A DNA stretch of 54,420 bases from Candidatus Liptonbacteria bacterium RIFCSPLOWO2_01_FULL_56_20. Its GTDB lineage: Bacteria > Patescibacteriota > Minisyncoccia > UBA6257 > 2-01-FULL-56-20. The position numbers and the translations under genes were made by a program. Below the pieces are notes generated by a model. That model saw only the letters and a program-made list of their open reading frames with translations, had not been told where the DNA came from and made no database searches. This document shows, in pieces, positions 31,643 through 40,092 of the stretch (positions within the stretch are counted from its first letter, which is position 1; each line of letters begins with the position of its first letter). The DNA lies in contig MHLC01000026.1 in NCBI GenBank assembly GCA_001818655.1, forward strand, positions 1 to 54,420. The letters run 5' to 3'.

Positions 31643-32212
31643 ATGTCACTTCGTCAGACAATAGAAGGATCGGCTCGCCTTCACGCGGAGATCCTCAAAA
31701 ACGAGGAGTTCCTCGCGCAGTGCGAGCGCGCCGGGCGCGTACTTGAAAAAGCGTTACGTAACGAGCACAAGGTTCTCGTTGCCGGCAATGGCGGCAGCGC
31801 CGCAGACGCGCAGCACTTTGCGGCGGAGTTCGTAGCCACGTTTGGCAGGGAGAAGCGAAACGGCTACCCCGTGCTGGCGCTCACGACGGACACCTCGTTC
31901 CTCACTGCCTGGGCGAACGACTTCGGATACGAGGACGTGTTCGCCAGGCAGGTGGAGACGTGGGGCAAGGAAGGAGACGTTTTCCTGGGAATTTCCACGA
32001 GCGGCAACTCTCAAAACGTGTTGCGCGCGGCGGGAGCAGCGAAGCGGCGTCGTCTCCCCGTGATCGGTCTTTTGGGCGGCTCCGGCAGCGCCCTAGAAGA
32101 ACAATGCGATGTCGCGGTCGTGGTGCCCTCCGCGGTGACCGCGCGCATTCAGGAGGTACACGCCTTGGTGCTCCACGCCTGGTGCGAAGAAATCGTGCCT
32201 CACTTGCCATGA
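31643..32212 (+). CDS. gmhA: D-sedoheptulose-7-phosphate isomerase
   Basis: VLVAGNGGSAADAQHFAAEFV, LALTTDTSFLTAWANDFGYEDVFARQV and GISTSGNSQNV motifs. Confidence 0.8.
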   Translation: MSLRQTIEGSARLHAEILKNEEFLAQCERAGRVLEKALRNEHKVLVAGNGGSAADAQHFAAEFVATFGREKRNGYPVLALTTDTSFLTAWANDFGYEDVFARQVETWGKEGDVFLGISTSGNSQNVLRAAGAAKRRRLPVIGLLGGSGSALEEQCDVAVVVPSAVTARIQEVHALVLHAWCEEIVPHLP

Positions 32213-32234
32213 TCCCATTAGAGACCTCAAGCTT

Positions 32235-32495
32235 ATGTATTACACCTATGTCATAGGCAGCAGGAAAAGCGGCTATTGGTACACCGGCAGCACGAATGAC
32301 TTACGGAAACGCCTTAAACAGCATAACGAAGGAAAATCAACCCGGACGAAAAACCGTACACCATGGGACTTGGTATACTATGAAGCGTGTCGTAACGAGG
32401 ACGATGCAAGGTCGAGAGAGAAATACCTGAAAAGTGGTTCGGGCAAACGCTATCTCAAGAGTCGTTTAAGGCGTTTCCTGTCTCTAACGGGATGA
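32235..32495 (+). CDS. GIY-YIG nuclease-family protein (UPF0213-like)
   Basis: MYYTYVIGSRKSGYWYTGSTNDLRKRLKQHNEGK...YYE......A..REKYLKS. Lower GC than its neighbours. ATGA overlap with the next gene. Confidence 0.8.
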   Translation: MYYTYVIGSRKSGYWYTGSTNDLRKRLKQHNEGKSTRTKNRTPWDLVYYEACRNEDDARSREKYLKSGSGKRYLKSRLRRFLSLTG

Positions 32496-33016
32496 TAGTC
32501 CAAGAAACGAAGCTCGCTGGAGTTTTACTCATTAAGCCCGAACCGGCCGGGGGCGGCAAGGGAGAGATTTTTGAAGATGCGAGGGGGCTGTTCCTTGAGA
32601 CGTACCACGAATCAAAGTACAAGGATCAGGGAATCGGCATCCATTTCGTGGAGGACGACATCTCCGTTTCACGGAAAGACGTCTTGCGCGGCATCCACGG
32701 CAACAATGAAACGTGGAAGCTCGTTTCGTGCACGTCCGGAAAAATATTTTTCGTGGCCGTCAATTGCGACGAGGCGTCTCCCGAGTTCGGCAAGTGGGAA
32801 TCTTTTGACCTGGACGACGTGAATCACTGGCAGGTACTCGTGCCGCCGCGGCACGGAAGCGCGTATCTCGCGCTGAGCGACACGGTTGTGTTTCAGTATA
32901 AACAGTCCACGCACTACGCGCCCAAGAGCCAGTTCAGTTTTCGATGGGACGATCCGCGTTTTAACATCAGGTGGCCCGTAGATAAGCCCATTCTTTCGGC
33001 GCGCGACGCCACGTAG
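32492..33016 (+). CDS. dTDP-4-dehydrorhamnose 3,5-epimerase-like cupin (RmlC family)
   Basis: FEDARGLFLETY, RGIHGN, KLVSCTSGKIFFVAVN, VLVPPRHGSAYLAL. Confidence 0.75.
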   Translation: MIVQETKLAGVLLIKPEPAGGGKGEIFEDARGLFLETYHESKYKDQGIGIHFVEDDISVSRKDVLRGIHGNNETWKLVSCTSGKIFFVAVNCDEASPEFGKWESFDLDDVNHWQVLVPPRHGSAYLALSDTVVFQYKQSTHYAPKSQFSFRWDDPRFNIRWPVDKPILSARDAT

Positions 33017-33102
33017 GAAATCATCATGTTTTACGTCTATGTTCTGCAAAGAGAGAAGAACAGAAAGCGCTCCGCCGGCGTTACAAACCATTCACTAACG
33101 AG

Positions 33103-34191
33103 ATGCGGATATTGCTCGTAAATTACAAGTACGGTTACGACCGCGCGTGGAATGCCCTCGGGCGGCGGGCGTTGAGCTACTATCTGGAATACCTGCCGCT
33201 CAAGGCGGTCGCCGAGCGGCACGGCCACACGGCGGACATTTTTTTCATTGATGAGGCCATTCTTGCCAAGGGCCGCGAGGGCGCGCGGGCCGCATTTTGG
33301 GAGTACATTACGACGAACAAGCCGGATGTTTGCTTTGCGGGGTTTAACGAATACGACCTGGGGAAAGAGCTCTTTTGCAGGGTGCGCAACCAAACGAAAA
33401 CGGCGCTCGTCTACATCGGCGACGACGATGCCTGGCGCTGGGCGCGGGTGGGCAAGCACTTTGCCGAGTGTTTCACCTGGATATTGACCTACGATTCCCG
33501 CGCGATACCGAAATACCAGAGTATCGGCTGCGGGAAAATCATCCATCACCAGCCCGGGGTGGACCTCGGCACCTACCGCAAGCTGGATGGCGTGGAAAAA
33601 GACATTGACGTGAGCTTTGTGGGGATTTACAACAAGCCGCGGGGGAATCTGATTAACTACCTCCGGAAGGCGGGCGTTGACGTGTTCGTGCGCGGGATCG
33701 GCTGGCCAGAAGGGCCGATAAGCCAGGAAGAATTGATACAGGTTTTGAACAGGAGCAAAATAAACCTTGCCTTGAATACGTCCTCTTTCTATATCGGCTG
33801 GCGGTCGATCGCGCGCCTCTTTTTCCGCCGGGCGCACTTTAGGGAAAGGGGCTTGCCGGTCAAACTCGACATCCATAATTTTTTTGATAATGTCCGTATG
33901 TGGTTCGGGAAGAAAAACCTTCAGGTGAAATCGCGCCACTTTGAGGTGCCTGCGTGCGGGTCGTTTGAGATGACCCAGGACGCGGACGACCTCAAGGATT
34001 ACTACAAACTCGGAGAAGAAATTGTGGTGTACGCAGATAACGAGGACCTGGTGCGCAAGATTGAATATTACCTGGCGCATCCCGAAGAGCGCGAAGCGAT
34101 CGCGCGGCGCGGCTATGCGCGCACCATCCGCGACCACTCGACCGAGCGGCGGTTCGAGGACATCTTCCGCATGATGGGCCGGCCCTTGTAG
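33103..34191 (+). CDS. CgeB-like glycosyltransferase (paralog of 30124-31167)
   Basis: VSFVG......R..L+..LR.AG+.VFVRG.GW.EG and RHFEVPACGSFEMT...DLKDYYKLGEEIVVY...DLVRKIEYYLAHPEERE.IARRG. Confidence 0.65.
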   Translation: MRILLVNYKYGYDRAWNALGRRALSYYLEYLPLKAVAERHGHTADIFFIDEAILAKGREGARAAFWEYITTNKPDVCFAGFNEYDLGKELFCRVRNQTKTALVYIGDDDAWRWARVGKHFAECFTWILTYDSRAIPKYQSIGCGKIIHHQPGVDLGTYRKLDGVEKDIDVSFVGIYNKPRGNLINYLRKAGVDVFVRGIGWPEGPISQEELIQVLNRSKINLALNTSSFYIGWRSIARLFFRRAHFRERGLPVKLDIHNFFDNVRMWFGKKNLQVKSRHFEVPACGSFEMTQDADDLKDYYKLGEEIVVYADNEDLVRKIEYYLAHPEEREAIARRGYARTIRDHSTERRFEDIFRMMGRPL

Positions 34192-34253
34192 CTTGCGCTT
34201 TAAAAACGGCTTGCATTATGATATATGCACGATGATATTCTTTAGAAAACCCC

Positions 34254-34814
34254 ATGGGAGGCATTAAAGGCAATATCGAGCAAATATTGAGAGAGATATC
34301 TTCCGTCTTTTCCGACCTGGAAGAGCGTCAGGTTGGCGTATTGGCCGATGAGATACTGAAGGCAAACAAGATTGTGGCGTGCGGGGCTGGGCGAGTAGGG
34401 ATGGCGGCGCGGGGGTTTGGTATGCGTTTAGGGCATCTAGGACTCCCCGCTTACTCTGTCGGGGATTCTACGGCGCCGCGCCTCAAGGAAGGTGATTTGT
34501 TCATTGTTGGTTCCGGATCGGGTGAGACGCAGACCATATACGATCTGGCGCAGATTGCGAAAGAGAACGGAGCAAAATTCGCTCTGATTACGGGGAATCT
34601 TGAATCAAGAATGGCGAAAATCGCCGATGCGGTTGTTCTCCTCAAGGCTCCGTCAAAAACAAAACCAGTCAAAGATTTTCGATCTGTACAGCCAATGACG
34701 ACCCTGAATGAGCAGTGCCTTGGGATATTCTTCGACGCATTAGTGCTCCGGCTGATGGAGAAAATGGGCGAGACCCACGAAACTATGTGGGAGAGGCATT
34801 CAAACCTCGAATAA
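34254..34814 (+). CDS. SIS-domain sugar-phosphate isomerase, 6-phospho-3-hexuloisomerase-like
   Basis: KIVACGAGRVGMAARGFGMRLGHLG..AY.VGD...P....GDLFIVGSGSGET. Confidence 0.7.
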   Translation: MGGIKGNIEQILREISSVFSDLEERQVGVLADEILKANKIVACGAGRVGMAARGFGMRLGHLGLPAYSVGDSTAPRLKEGDLFIVGSGSGETQTIYDLAQIAKENGAKFALITGNLESRMAKIADAVVLLKAPSKTKPVKDFRSVQPMTTLNEQCLGIFFDALVLRLMEKMGETHETMWERHSNLE

Positions 34815-34819
34815 TCTTA

Positions 34820-35488
34820 ATGAGGCCGTACCAGTTGTCCGCGTCTCTTGTGTGCGGCGACCCGCTTTCGCTCCGGTCGGAAATTCAGGCCCTGGAGAGA
34901 GGAGGGATCGATTACCTCCACTTTGACGTTATGGACGGCATTTTTGTTCCCCGCTACGGGTTGTATCCGGAGTTGTTAAAAGCGGTGCGCTCGGTCACCG
35001 ATCTGCCGATAGAGGTGCATATGATGACGGAAGAGCCGGCGCGCTACGCTGCAAAGTTTGCGGAGGCGGGGGCGACTATCATTTCCGTGCATGCAGAGGC
35101 CTGTAAGCATCTTCATTATACGCTGAAAACTATTCGTGAGTGCGGCGTGAAAGCCGGAGTGGTGTTGAACTACGCCACTCCGCTCAACGCCCTCGATTAC
35201 ATCATGGAAGATGTTGATATGGTCATGCTCATGGCCATCAACCCCGGAGTCGTGGGCCACAAGCTGATTCCCGGCACGATGAAAAAGATTGCGGACGCAA
35301 GGAAGAAGATTGATGAATCGGGCCGCGACATCCTCCTTGCGATCGACGGCGGCGTGTCTCCGGAGAGCGCCGCAAATATGGTGAAGGCGGGCGCGAATTA
35401 TTTGACGTGCGGGACATCCGCGATCTATAAGTCCAGCGCATCATTAGAGGTTACAATCAAGGAATTCAGAAAAGCAATTGAGGGGTAG
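34820..35488 (+). CDS. rpe: ribulose-phosphate 3-epimerase family protein
   Basis: Internal ATG at 34820. LSASLVCGD...L......G.DYLHFDVMDGIFVP......VH.M...P........AGA..ISVH.E......MAINPG..G. Confidence 0.75.
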   Translation: MRPYQLSASLVCGDPLSLRSEIQALERGGIDYLHFDVMDGIFVPRYGLYPELLKAVRSVTDLPIEVHMMTEEPARYAAKFAEAGATIISVHAEACKHLHYTLKTIRECGVKAGVVLNYATPLNALDYIMEDVDMVMLMAINPGVVGHKLIPGTMKKIADARKKIDESGRDILLAIDGGVSPESAANMVKAGANYLTCGTSAIYKSSASLEVTIKEFRKAIEG

Positions 35489-35490
35489 GC

Positions 35491-35889
35491 GTGGTACAAT
35501 TGAGTCATAGAGGTTCGCCGGACATGAGAAAATACCTCATCCTCTTTTTCGCCGCCCTCCCTTCGAGCGGCCAGCTCTACGTGATTGCGAGCCTGCGGAA
35601 CGGAGGGGGCTCTCACGTGACCTACCAGCTTGATTACTACAACAATGCCGGGACCAAACAGCTTCGTGTCGGACGGGTGAGAGAAGGAGTGGCAAACGAC
35701 TTTGCGAGCTACAACGTGAATCTGCATACGGGCGCCTGGTACCACCTTGTCCTCTGGTACGACGCCGCGAACCTGAAGTTGTATCAGGATACCGCAGAGC
35801 GGGCTTCGCAGGCCTTCTCCGGGAACGTGAGTGAAACTGCGGCTGGAGCGCGGGACGCACGCCGCTCGTTTCGTTTGGCGTGTGGATAA
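35491..35889 (+). CDS. short LamG/concanavalin-like fragment (possible remnant); start uncertain (GTG 35491 or ATG 35524)
   Basis: MRKYLILFFAALPSS (signal-like) and AWYHLVLWYDAANLKLYQD (LamG beta-strand motif). Too short for a full domain. Confidence 0.3.
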   Translation: MVQLSHRGSPDMRKYLILFFAALPSSGQLYVIASLRNGGGSHVTYQLDYYNNAGTKQLRVGRVREGVANDFASYNVNLHTGAWYHLVLWYDAANLKLYQDTAERASQAFSGNVSETAAGARDARRSFRLACG

Positions 35890-35955
35890 AAAACCGTCGG
35901 CAGTATCAGGGTTAGTGATGCCGCCGACGGGCGATAGATCGGGCCGCCGCGCCTT

Positions 35956-36648
35956 TCAGGGCGCCTGGCATAGCTCGATTTGTTTGAGTTCCAGCTCGTA
36001 GACCCCGGCTCTCCAGTCCGGGTAGGCCAGTTCGAGAGGGGGTGCCTTCAGACTGCGCGAGCGCCGCCGCAAGAACTGGAAAAGGAATTGGAAGTAGATG
36101 TGGTTCTTCGACCTGCCGAAGCGATCCACGAGGTTGGCCAGGGCAAACCAGCCGACCTCTTCCAGGGATCCATTTCCTACCCCGTTCTTTCTGAGGCGGG
36201 AGGCATTCACCGCGATCACGTGCGCAAGGAAAGGCGCGTCTGGTTCTGCCGGCTCGTCGTGGATCACGAGCCGCACCTTCCCAGCCGCGATCTCTAGGCT
36301 GGACCTATTAATCGCAGGGCCGAAGGTTCCGACAGGGCTCATCCGTGCCGGCACCACCGAGTAGCCCAGCTTCATGTGAATTGACCGGATTACTGCGTCG
36401 ACGGGCGTGTCGTCGGTGCCTACGAGGACGTGGTGCCCGCCCGGGTTCGAGGTCGTGCAGGCCGGAGGGTTCGCGACCGAGAGCGCCCCTTTCAGGCGTC
36501 GGCAAACGAGAATCTCCAGCTCGCCACCAGATTCTGCGTATCGGAACAGGACAGGCTCTACCACAGGATGGGCAGACGGACCCCACCCCTTCATCCCCTC
36601 GCGCTGTACCTCACCACTGAGATGATCGAATCCTCCGAATTCTTTCAC
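35956..36648 (-). CDS. hypothetical protein, degenerate NUDIX-like fold
   Basis: GTG start at 36648-36646, preceded by AAGGAGGTG. ELEILVCRR......NPGGHHVLVGTDDTPVDAVIRSIHMKLGY resembles a Nudix box that has lost its glutamates. A hairpin plus T-tract terminator lies at 35893-35929. Confidence 0.5.
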   Translation of the reverse strand: MKEFGGFDHLSGEVQREGMKGWGPSAHPVVEPVLFRYAESGGELEILVCRRLKGALSVANPPACTTSNPGGHHVLVGTDDTPVDAVIRSIHMKLGYSVVPARMSPVGTFGPAINRSSLEIAAGKVRLVIHDEPAEPDAPFLAHVIAVNASRLRKNGVGNGSLEEVGWFALANLVDRFGRSKNHIYFQFLFQFLRRRSRSLKAPPLELAYPDWRAGVYELELKQIELCQAP

Positions 36649-36785
36649 GGGCCACCTCCTTCGGTGAAAAAGTTTGTTCTAACAGCCGGAAAGGATATAT
36701 CATTCTATTCTGACGTTGTCAAGCTCGGATGGCATCTCCCGCGCCCCTTTATTTTTCGCGGATTCATAGTAGAATGGTGTAATCT

Positions 36786-38369
36786 ATGGATCCGGGTTAT
36801 AAGGTGCTCATCACGACTGCGGGAATCGGTCAGCGGTTGGGGCTCCTTACGAAATTCACCAACAAAGCCCTTGTGCGCGTCGGCAAAAAACCGGCGCTCG
36901 CGTACGTTATCGAGGCATACCCGCCGGACGTGCCGCTTGTCATAGTCACGGGACATTTTGCCGACCAGGTGAAAGATTTTGTCGCGCTTGCGTATCCCGA
37001 GCGAAAGAACATTGAATTCGTTGAGGTGGACAAATATGAGGGGGAAGGAACCAGCCTGGGCTATTCCATGCTCGCGGCCAAGGACCGCCTTCAGTGCCCG
37101 TTCATTTTCCACGCCTCGGATACGATCATCCTGCATCCGGTGCCGAAGCCAGAAAAGAATTGGATCGGGGGATATAAGGGCGACGTCGATGCTTCACAAT
37201 ACGCTTCCTGGCAGGCCGTTGACGAATCAACGCTCACTTTCTCGGATAAAGGCGCCATGGATTTTGATTATCTCCACATCGGGCTTGTGGGGGTGAACGA
37301 CCACAAAAAATTCTGGGAGATCCTGGAGCGTTCCTACCGTGAAAATCCGAACGACAGCGCGCTGAACGACTGCCGCGTCATCGTTCAGATGATCCAGCAA
37401 AAGATCCCGTTTGACATCGTGAATTTTCCGGTCTGGTACGACGTGGGGAACGTGACGGCGCTGCATCAGGCCCGCGAGAGGATGCCGGATAAATTCCACA
37501 ATCTGGACAAAGTGGAAGAATCAATATTCCTTTTCGACAGGTTCGTCGTCAAATTTTTTGCGGACGAGAAAAACGTCGCGGAACGCGTCGCACGCGGAAA
37601 GCTGTTGAACGGCTTAGTCCCCGAAATTGAAGGCGAGACCAGGAATTTCTACCGCTATAAGTTTGTCCCCGGCTCCGTCTATTCCCGCGTCGCTACCCCG
37701 CACGATTTCTTGAAGTTTCTCGCCTGGGCCAGATCCAATCTCTGGGGGAAAGAACGTGAAATTGACGACGCCGGGTTCAAGAAGGTCTGCAGGGATTTTT
37801 ACGAGAAAAAAACCAAGGAACGCGTCGCGAAGTTTTTGGAGTTTAACGAGATCTCCGACGAGGCCCACGTGATCAACGGCGAGCACGTGCCCTCCGTACA
37901 AGAGATGCTCGCGATGGTGGATTTTGACTACCTTTCCGCCGCCGAACAATATCGGTTTCACGGCGACCTGGTGCTTGATAATATTGTGAGGACTGCGAGC
38001 GGGTATTGTCTTATGGATTGGCGGCAGAATTTCGGCGGCCTATTGAGGGCGGGAGATATGTACTACGACCTTGCCAAGCTCAATCACAACCTGACCGTTA
38101 ACCACGACGTCGTGCTGGATAACGGATTCAACGTAAAGGTTGCGGGGAGCTCCATCGTGTGCGATATTTTAAGGAAAGACAACCTGGTGCGGTGCCAGGA
38201 GGTGCTTCGGGAATTCATCCGCGAGGGCGGCTTAGACCTGAAAAAAGTGGAACTGCTCACTCCCATCATCTGGCTTAACATGGCGCCCCTCCATCACCAT
38301 CCGTTCAACCTGTTCCTGTACTATTTCGGTAAACTGAACTTATGGCGCGTGCTCCAAAAAGACAAATAA
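36786..38369 (+). CDS. fused sugar-1-phosphate nucleotidyltransferase (N-terminal) and APH/choline-kinase-fold sugar kinase (C-terminal)
   Basis: The N-terminus (KVLITTAGIGQRLG..TKFTNKALVRVGKKP) is an NTP_transferase signature. The C-terminus (FHGDLVLDNIV....YCLMDWRQNFGG) is the APH/kinase catalytic loop. Confidence 0.75.
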   Translation: MDPGYKVLITTAGIGQRLGLLTKFTNKALVRVGKKPALAYVIEAYPPDVPLVIVTGHFADQVKDFVALAYPERKNIEFVEVDKYEGEGTSLGYSMLAAKDRLQCPFIFHASDTIILHPVPKPEKNWIGGYKGDVDASQYASWQAVDESTLTFSDKGAMDFDYLHIGLVGVNDHKKFWEILERSYRENPNDSALNDCRVIVQMIQQKIPFDIVNFPVWYDVGNVTALHQARERMPDKFHNLDKVEESIFLFDRFVVKFFADEKNVAERVARGKLLNGLVPEIEGETRNFYRYKFVPGSVYSRVATPHDFLKFLAWARSNLWGKEREIDDAGFKKVCRDFYEKKTKERVAKFLEFNEISDEAHVINGEHVPSVQEMLAMVDFDYLSAAEQYRFHGDLVLDNIVRTASGYCLMDWRQNFGGLLRAGDMYYDLAKLNHNLTVNHDVVLDNGFNVKVAGSSIVCDILRKDNLVRCQEVLREFIREGGLDLKKVELLTPIIWLNMAPLHHHPFNLFLYYFGKLNLWRVLQKDK

Positions 38370-38413
38370 ATCACGTTAGAAATTCCCGTGGGATATTTCA
38401 ATCCCCGCGGGGA

Positions 38414-38959
38414 TTGTCCAGTGCGGCAACTCACGTCCCCCTGCGGCGGGGTATTATTTCTAACGGGATAAAGCATTTTATTTTGGACGTTGACGGCGTG
38501 TTTACCACCGGTCAGTTTTTGTACACCGCCGACGGCAAGTTCGCGAAGGTGTTCGGGGCCCATGACGCCGACGGCATAAAGCTTATCCGGCCCTATCTGG
38601 ATATTTGCGCGATCACCGCCGACCACCGCGGGTTTGCCATCACCAAGAAGAGGGTGCAGGACGATATGGGGCTCACGCTGTATGTGGTCTCCGAGGGGGA
38701 ACGGTTGGCCTGGCTCAAAAAGAAGTTTGACCTCGGCCAGTGCGCGTATATGGGGGACGGCATTTTTGACGTGCCGGTGTTCAGCCACGCGGGGTATGGC
38801 ATTGCTCCGGCCAATGCGTTCTATCTTGCGAGGAAAGAAGCGGATTATGTGACGGAAGCGAGAAGCGGCGAGGGCGCGGTCGCGGAGGCCTGCTGGCACC
38901 TCATTGAAAAATTTTTTGAACCGCTCGATATAAAGACCTTACATGTCAAACGGCAATAA
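38414..38959 (+). CDS. KdsC/YrbI-family HAD sugar-phosphate phosphatase (start uncertain)
   Basis: IKHFILDVDGVFTTGQF.Y...G...K.F...D..GIK and YMGDGIFDVPV...AG...AP.NA. The ATG at 38342 would add an Arg-rich, non-protein-like 38-aa extension across a structured inverted repeat. TTG at 38414 is used here. Confidence 0.65.
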   Translation: MSSAATHVPLRRGIISNGIKHFILDVDGVFTTGQFLYTADGKFAKVFGAHDADGIKLIRPYLDICAITADHRGFAITKKRVQDDMGLTLYVVSEGERLAWLKKKFDLGQCAYMGDGIFDVPVFSHAGYGIAPANAFYLARKEADYVTEARSGEGAVAEACWHLIEKFFEPLDIKTLHVKRQ

Positions 38960-40091
38960 GCCGCTTACGCTCATCACGAGGGACAGAAGCGTGGTCACGG
39001 GGAAGAAGCGCCTGGAACACGTTTTGACCTACACGCACCATCCTGTTTTTATCGCGTGCACGGACGAGCCCGCGGAGCGCGACGTGTTCACGGACATGTC
39101 TTTTTCGATCTGTAAGGATTCGGGGATCATCCAGCTGGACAAGCTTATTCCGCTCGACGTTTTGTATTCCAAATATCATTCCGAGGCCCTGGGAGGCCTT
39201 TGGCTGGAGCATCACGAAAAATTCGTTGATTTTTTGGCGAAGTTTTTTCCCGATATGGTTCTGGAAATCGGAGGGTCGAATTGTTTCATGGCCGAACAGT
39301 ATCTCAAAAAGCGGACGAGCGCTTATTGGACGAACATTGAGCCCAGCCCTGTCCCGTCAGACAACCCGAGGATCAAGGTGGTATCAGGGTTTTTCGATGC
39401 CGCCTTCAAGAAAACGGGCAAGGTGGACGCCGTCGTTCATTCGCACGTCCTGGAGCACATGTATGACCCGGATGCGTTCTTGAAGAATATCTACCGCCTG
39501 CTTGACGACGGGGGGCTGCATATTTTTTCCGTTCCCAATCTGGCGAAGTACTTGGAACTCGGCTACAGCAACTGCGTGAACTTCGAGCATTCCATATTTT
39601 TAGCTGAATACTTTATAGATCACTTCTTGGCCAAAAACCGCTTTGCGGTCATAAAGAAGCACTACTTCCACGAGCACAGCATTTTTTACGCCGCAAGGAA
39701 AACGGAGAAAAAACTGGATACCCGGCTGGCGTCCAAATACCGGGAATACAAGAAGAAATTTTTGGCGTACGCAAGGAACAACAATAAAATCGTTGCCGAT
39801 ATCAACAGGAAGATTGTAAAGACCGAGGGCGCGGTATACTTGTTCGGGGCGCATGTGTTCTCCCAGATGCTCGTTACCCTTGGATTGCGTACGGAAAAGA
39901 TCAAGTTCGTACTGGACAATTCGAAGATCAAACAAGGGAAACGCCTCTACGGAACGGATCTCTTGGTGCAGCCCCCGGAGTTCATCAGAGGAGAAAAGAA
40001 ACCGACCATCATCCTGCGGGTGGGGGCTTACAAGAAAGAGATACAGGCGCAGATCCGGAGCATAAATAAGTCGACGGTCTTCATTGAGTAA
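38943..40091 (+). CDS. SAM-dependent (C-)methyltransferase with C-terminal C-methyltransferase-type domain
   Basis: VLEIGGSNCF, VVHSHVLEHMYDPDAFLKNIYRLLDDGGLHIFSVPN, and a C-terminal VYLFGAHVFSQML....KFVLDNS..KQGKRLYGT. Confidence 0.7.
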   Translation: MSNGNKPLTLITRDRSVVTGKKRLEHVLTYTHHPVFIACTDEPAERDVFTDMSFSICKDSGIIQLDKLIPLDVLYSKYHSEALGGLWLEHHEKFVDFLAKFFPDMVLEIGGSNCFMAEQYLKKRTSAYWTNIEPSPVPSDNPRIKVVSGFFDAAFKKTGKVDAVVHSHVLEHMYDPDAFLKNIYRLLDDGGLHIFSVPNLAKYLELGYSNCVNFEHSIFLAEYFIDHFLAKNRFAVIKKHYFHEHSIFYAARKTEKKLDTRLASKYREYKKKFLAYARNNNKIVADINRKIVKTEGAVYLFGAHVFSQMLVTLGLRTEKIKFVLDNSKIKQGKRLYGTDLLVQPPEFIRGEKKPTIILRVGAYKKEIQAQIRSINKSTVFIE

Positions 40092-40092
40092 C

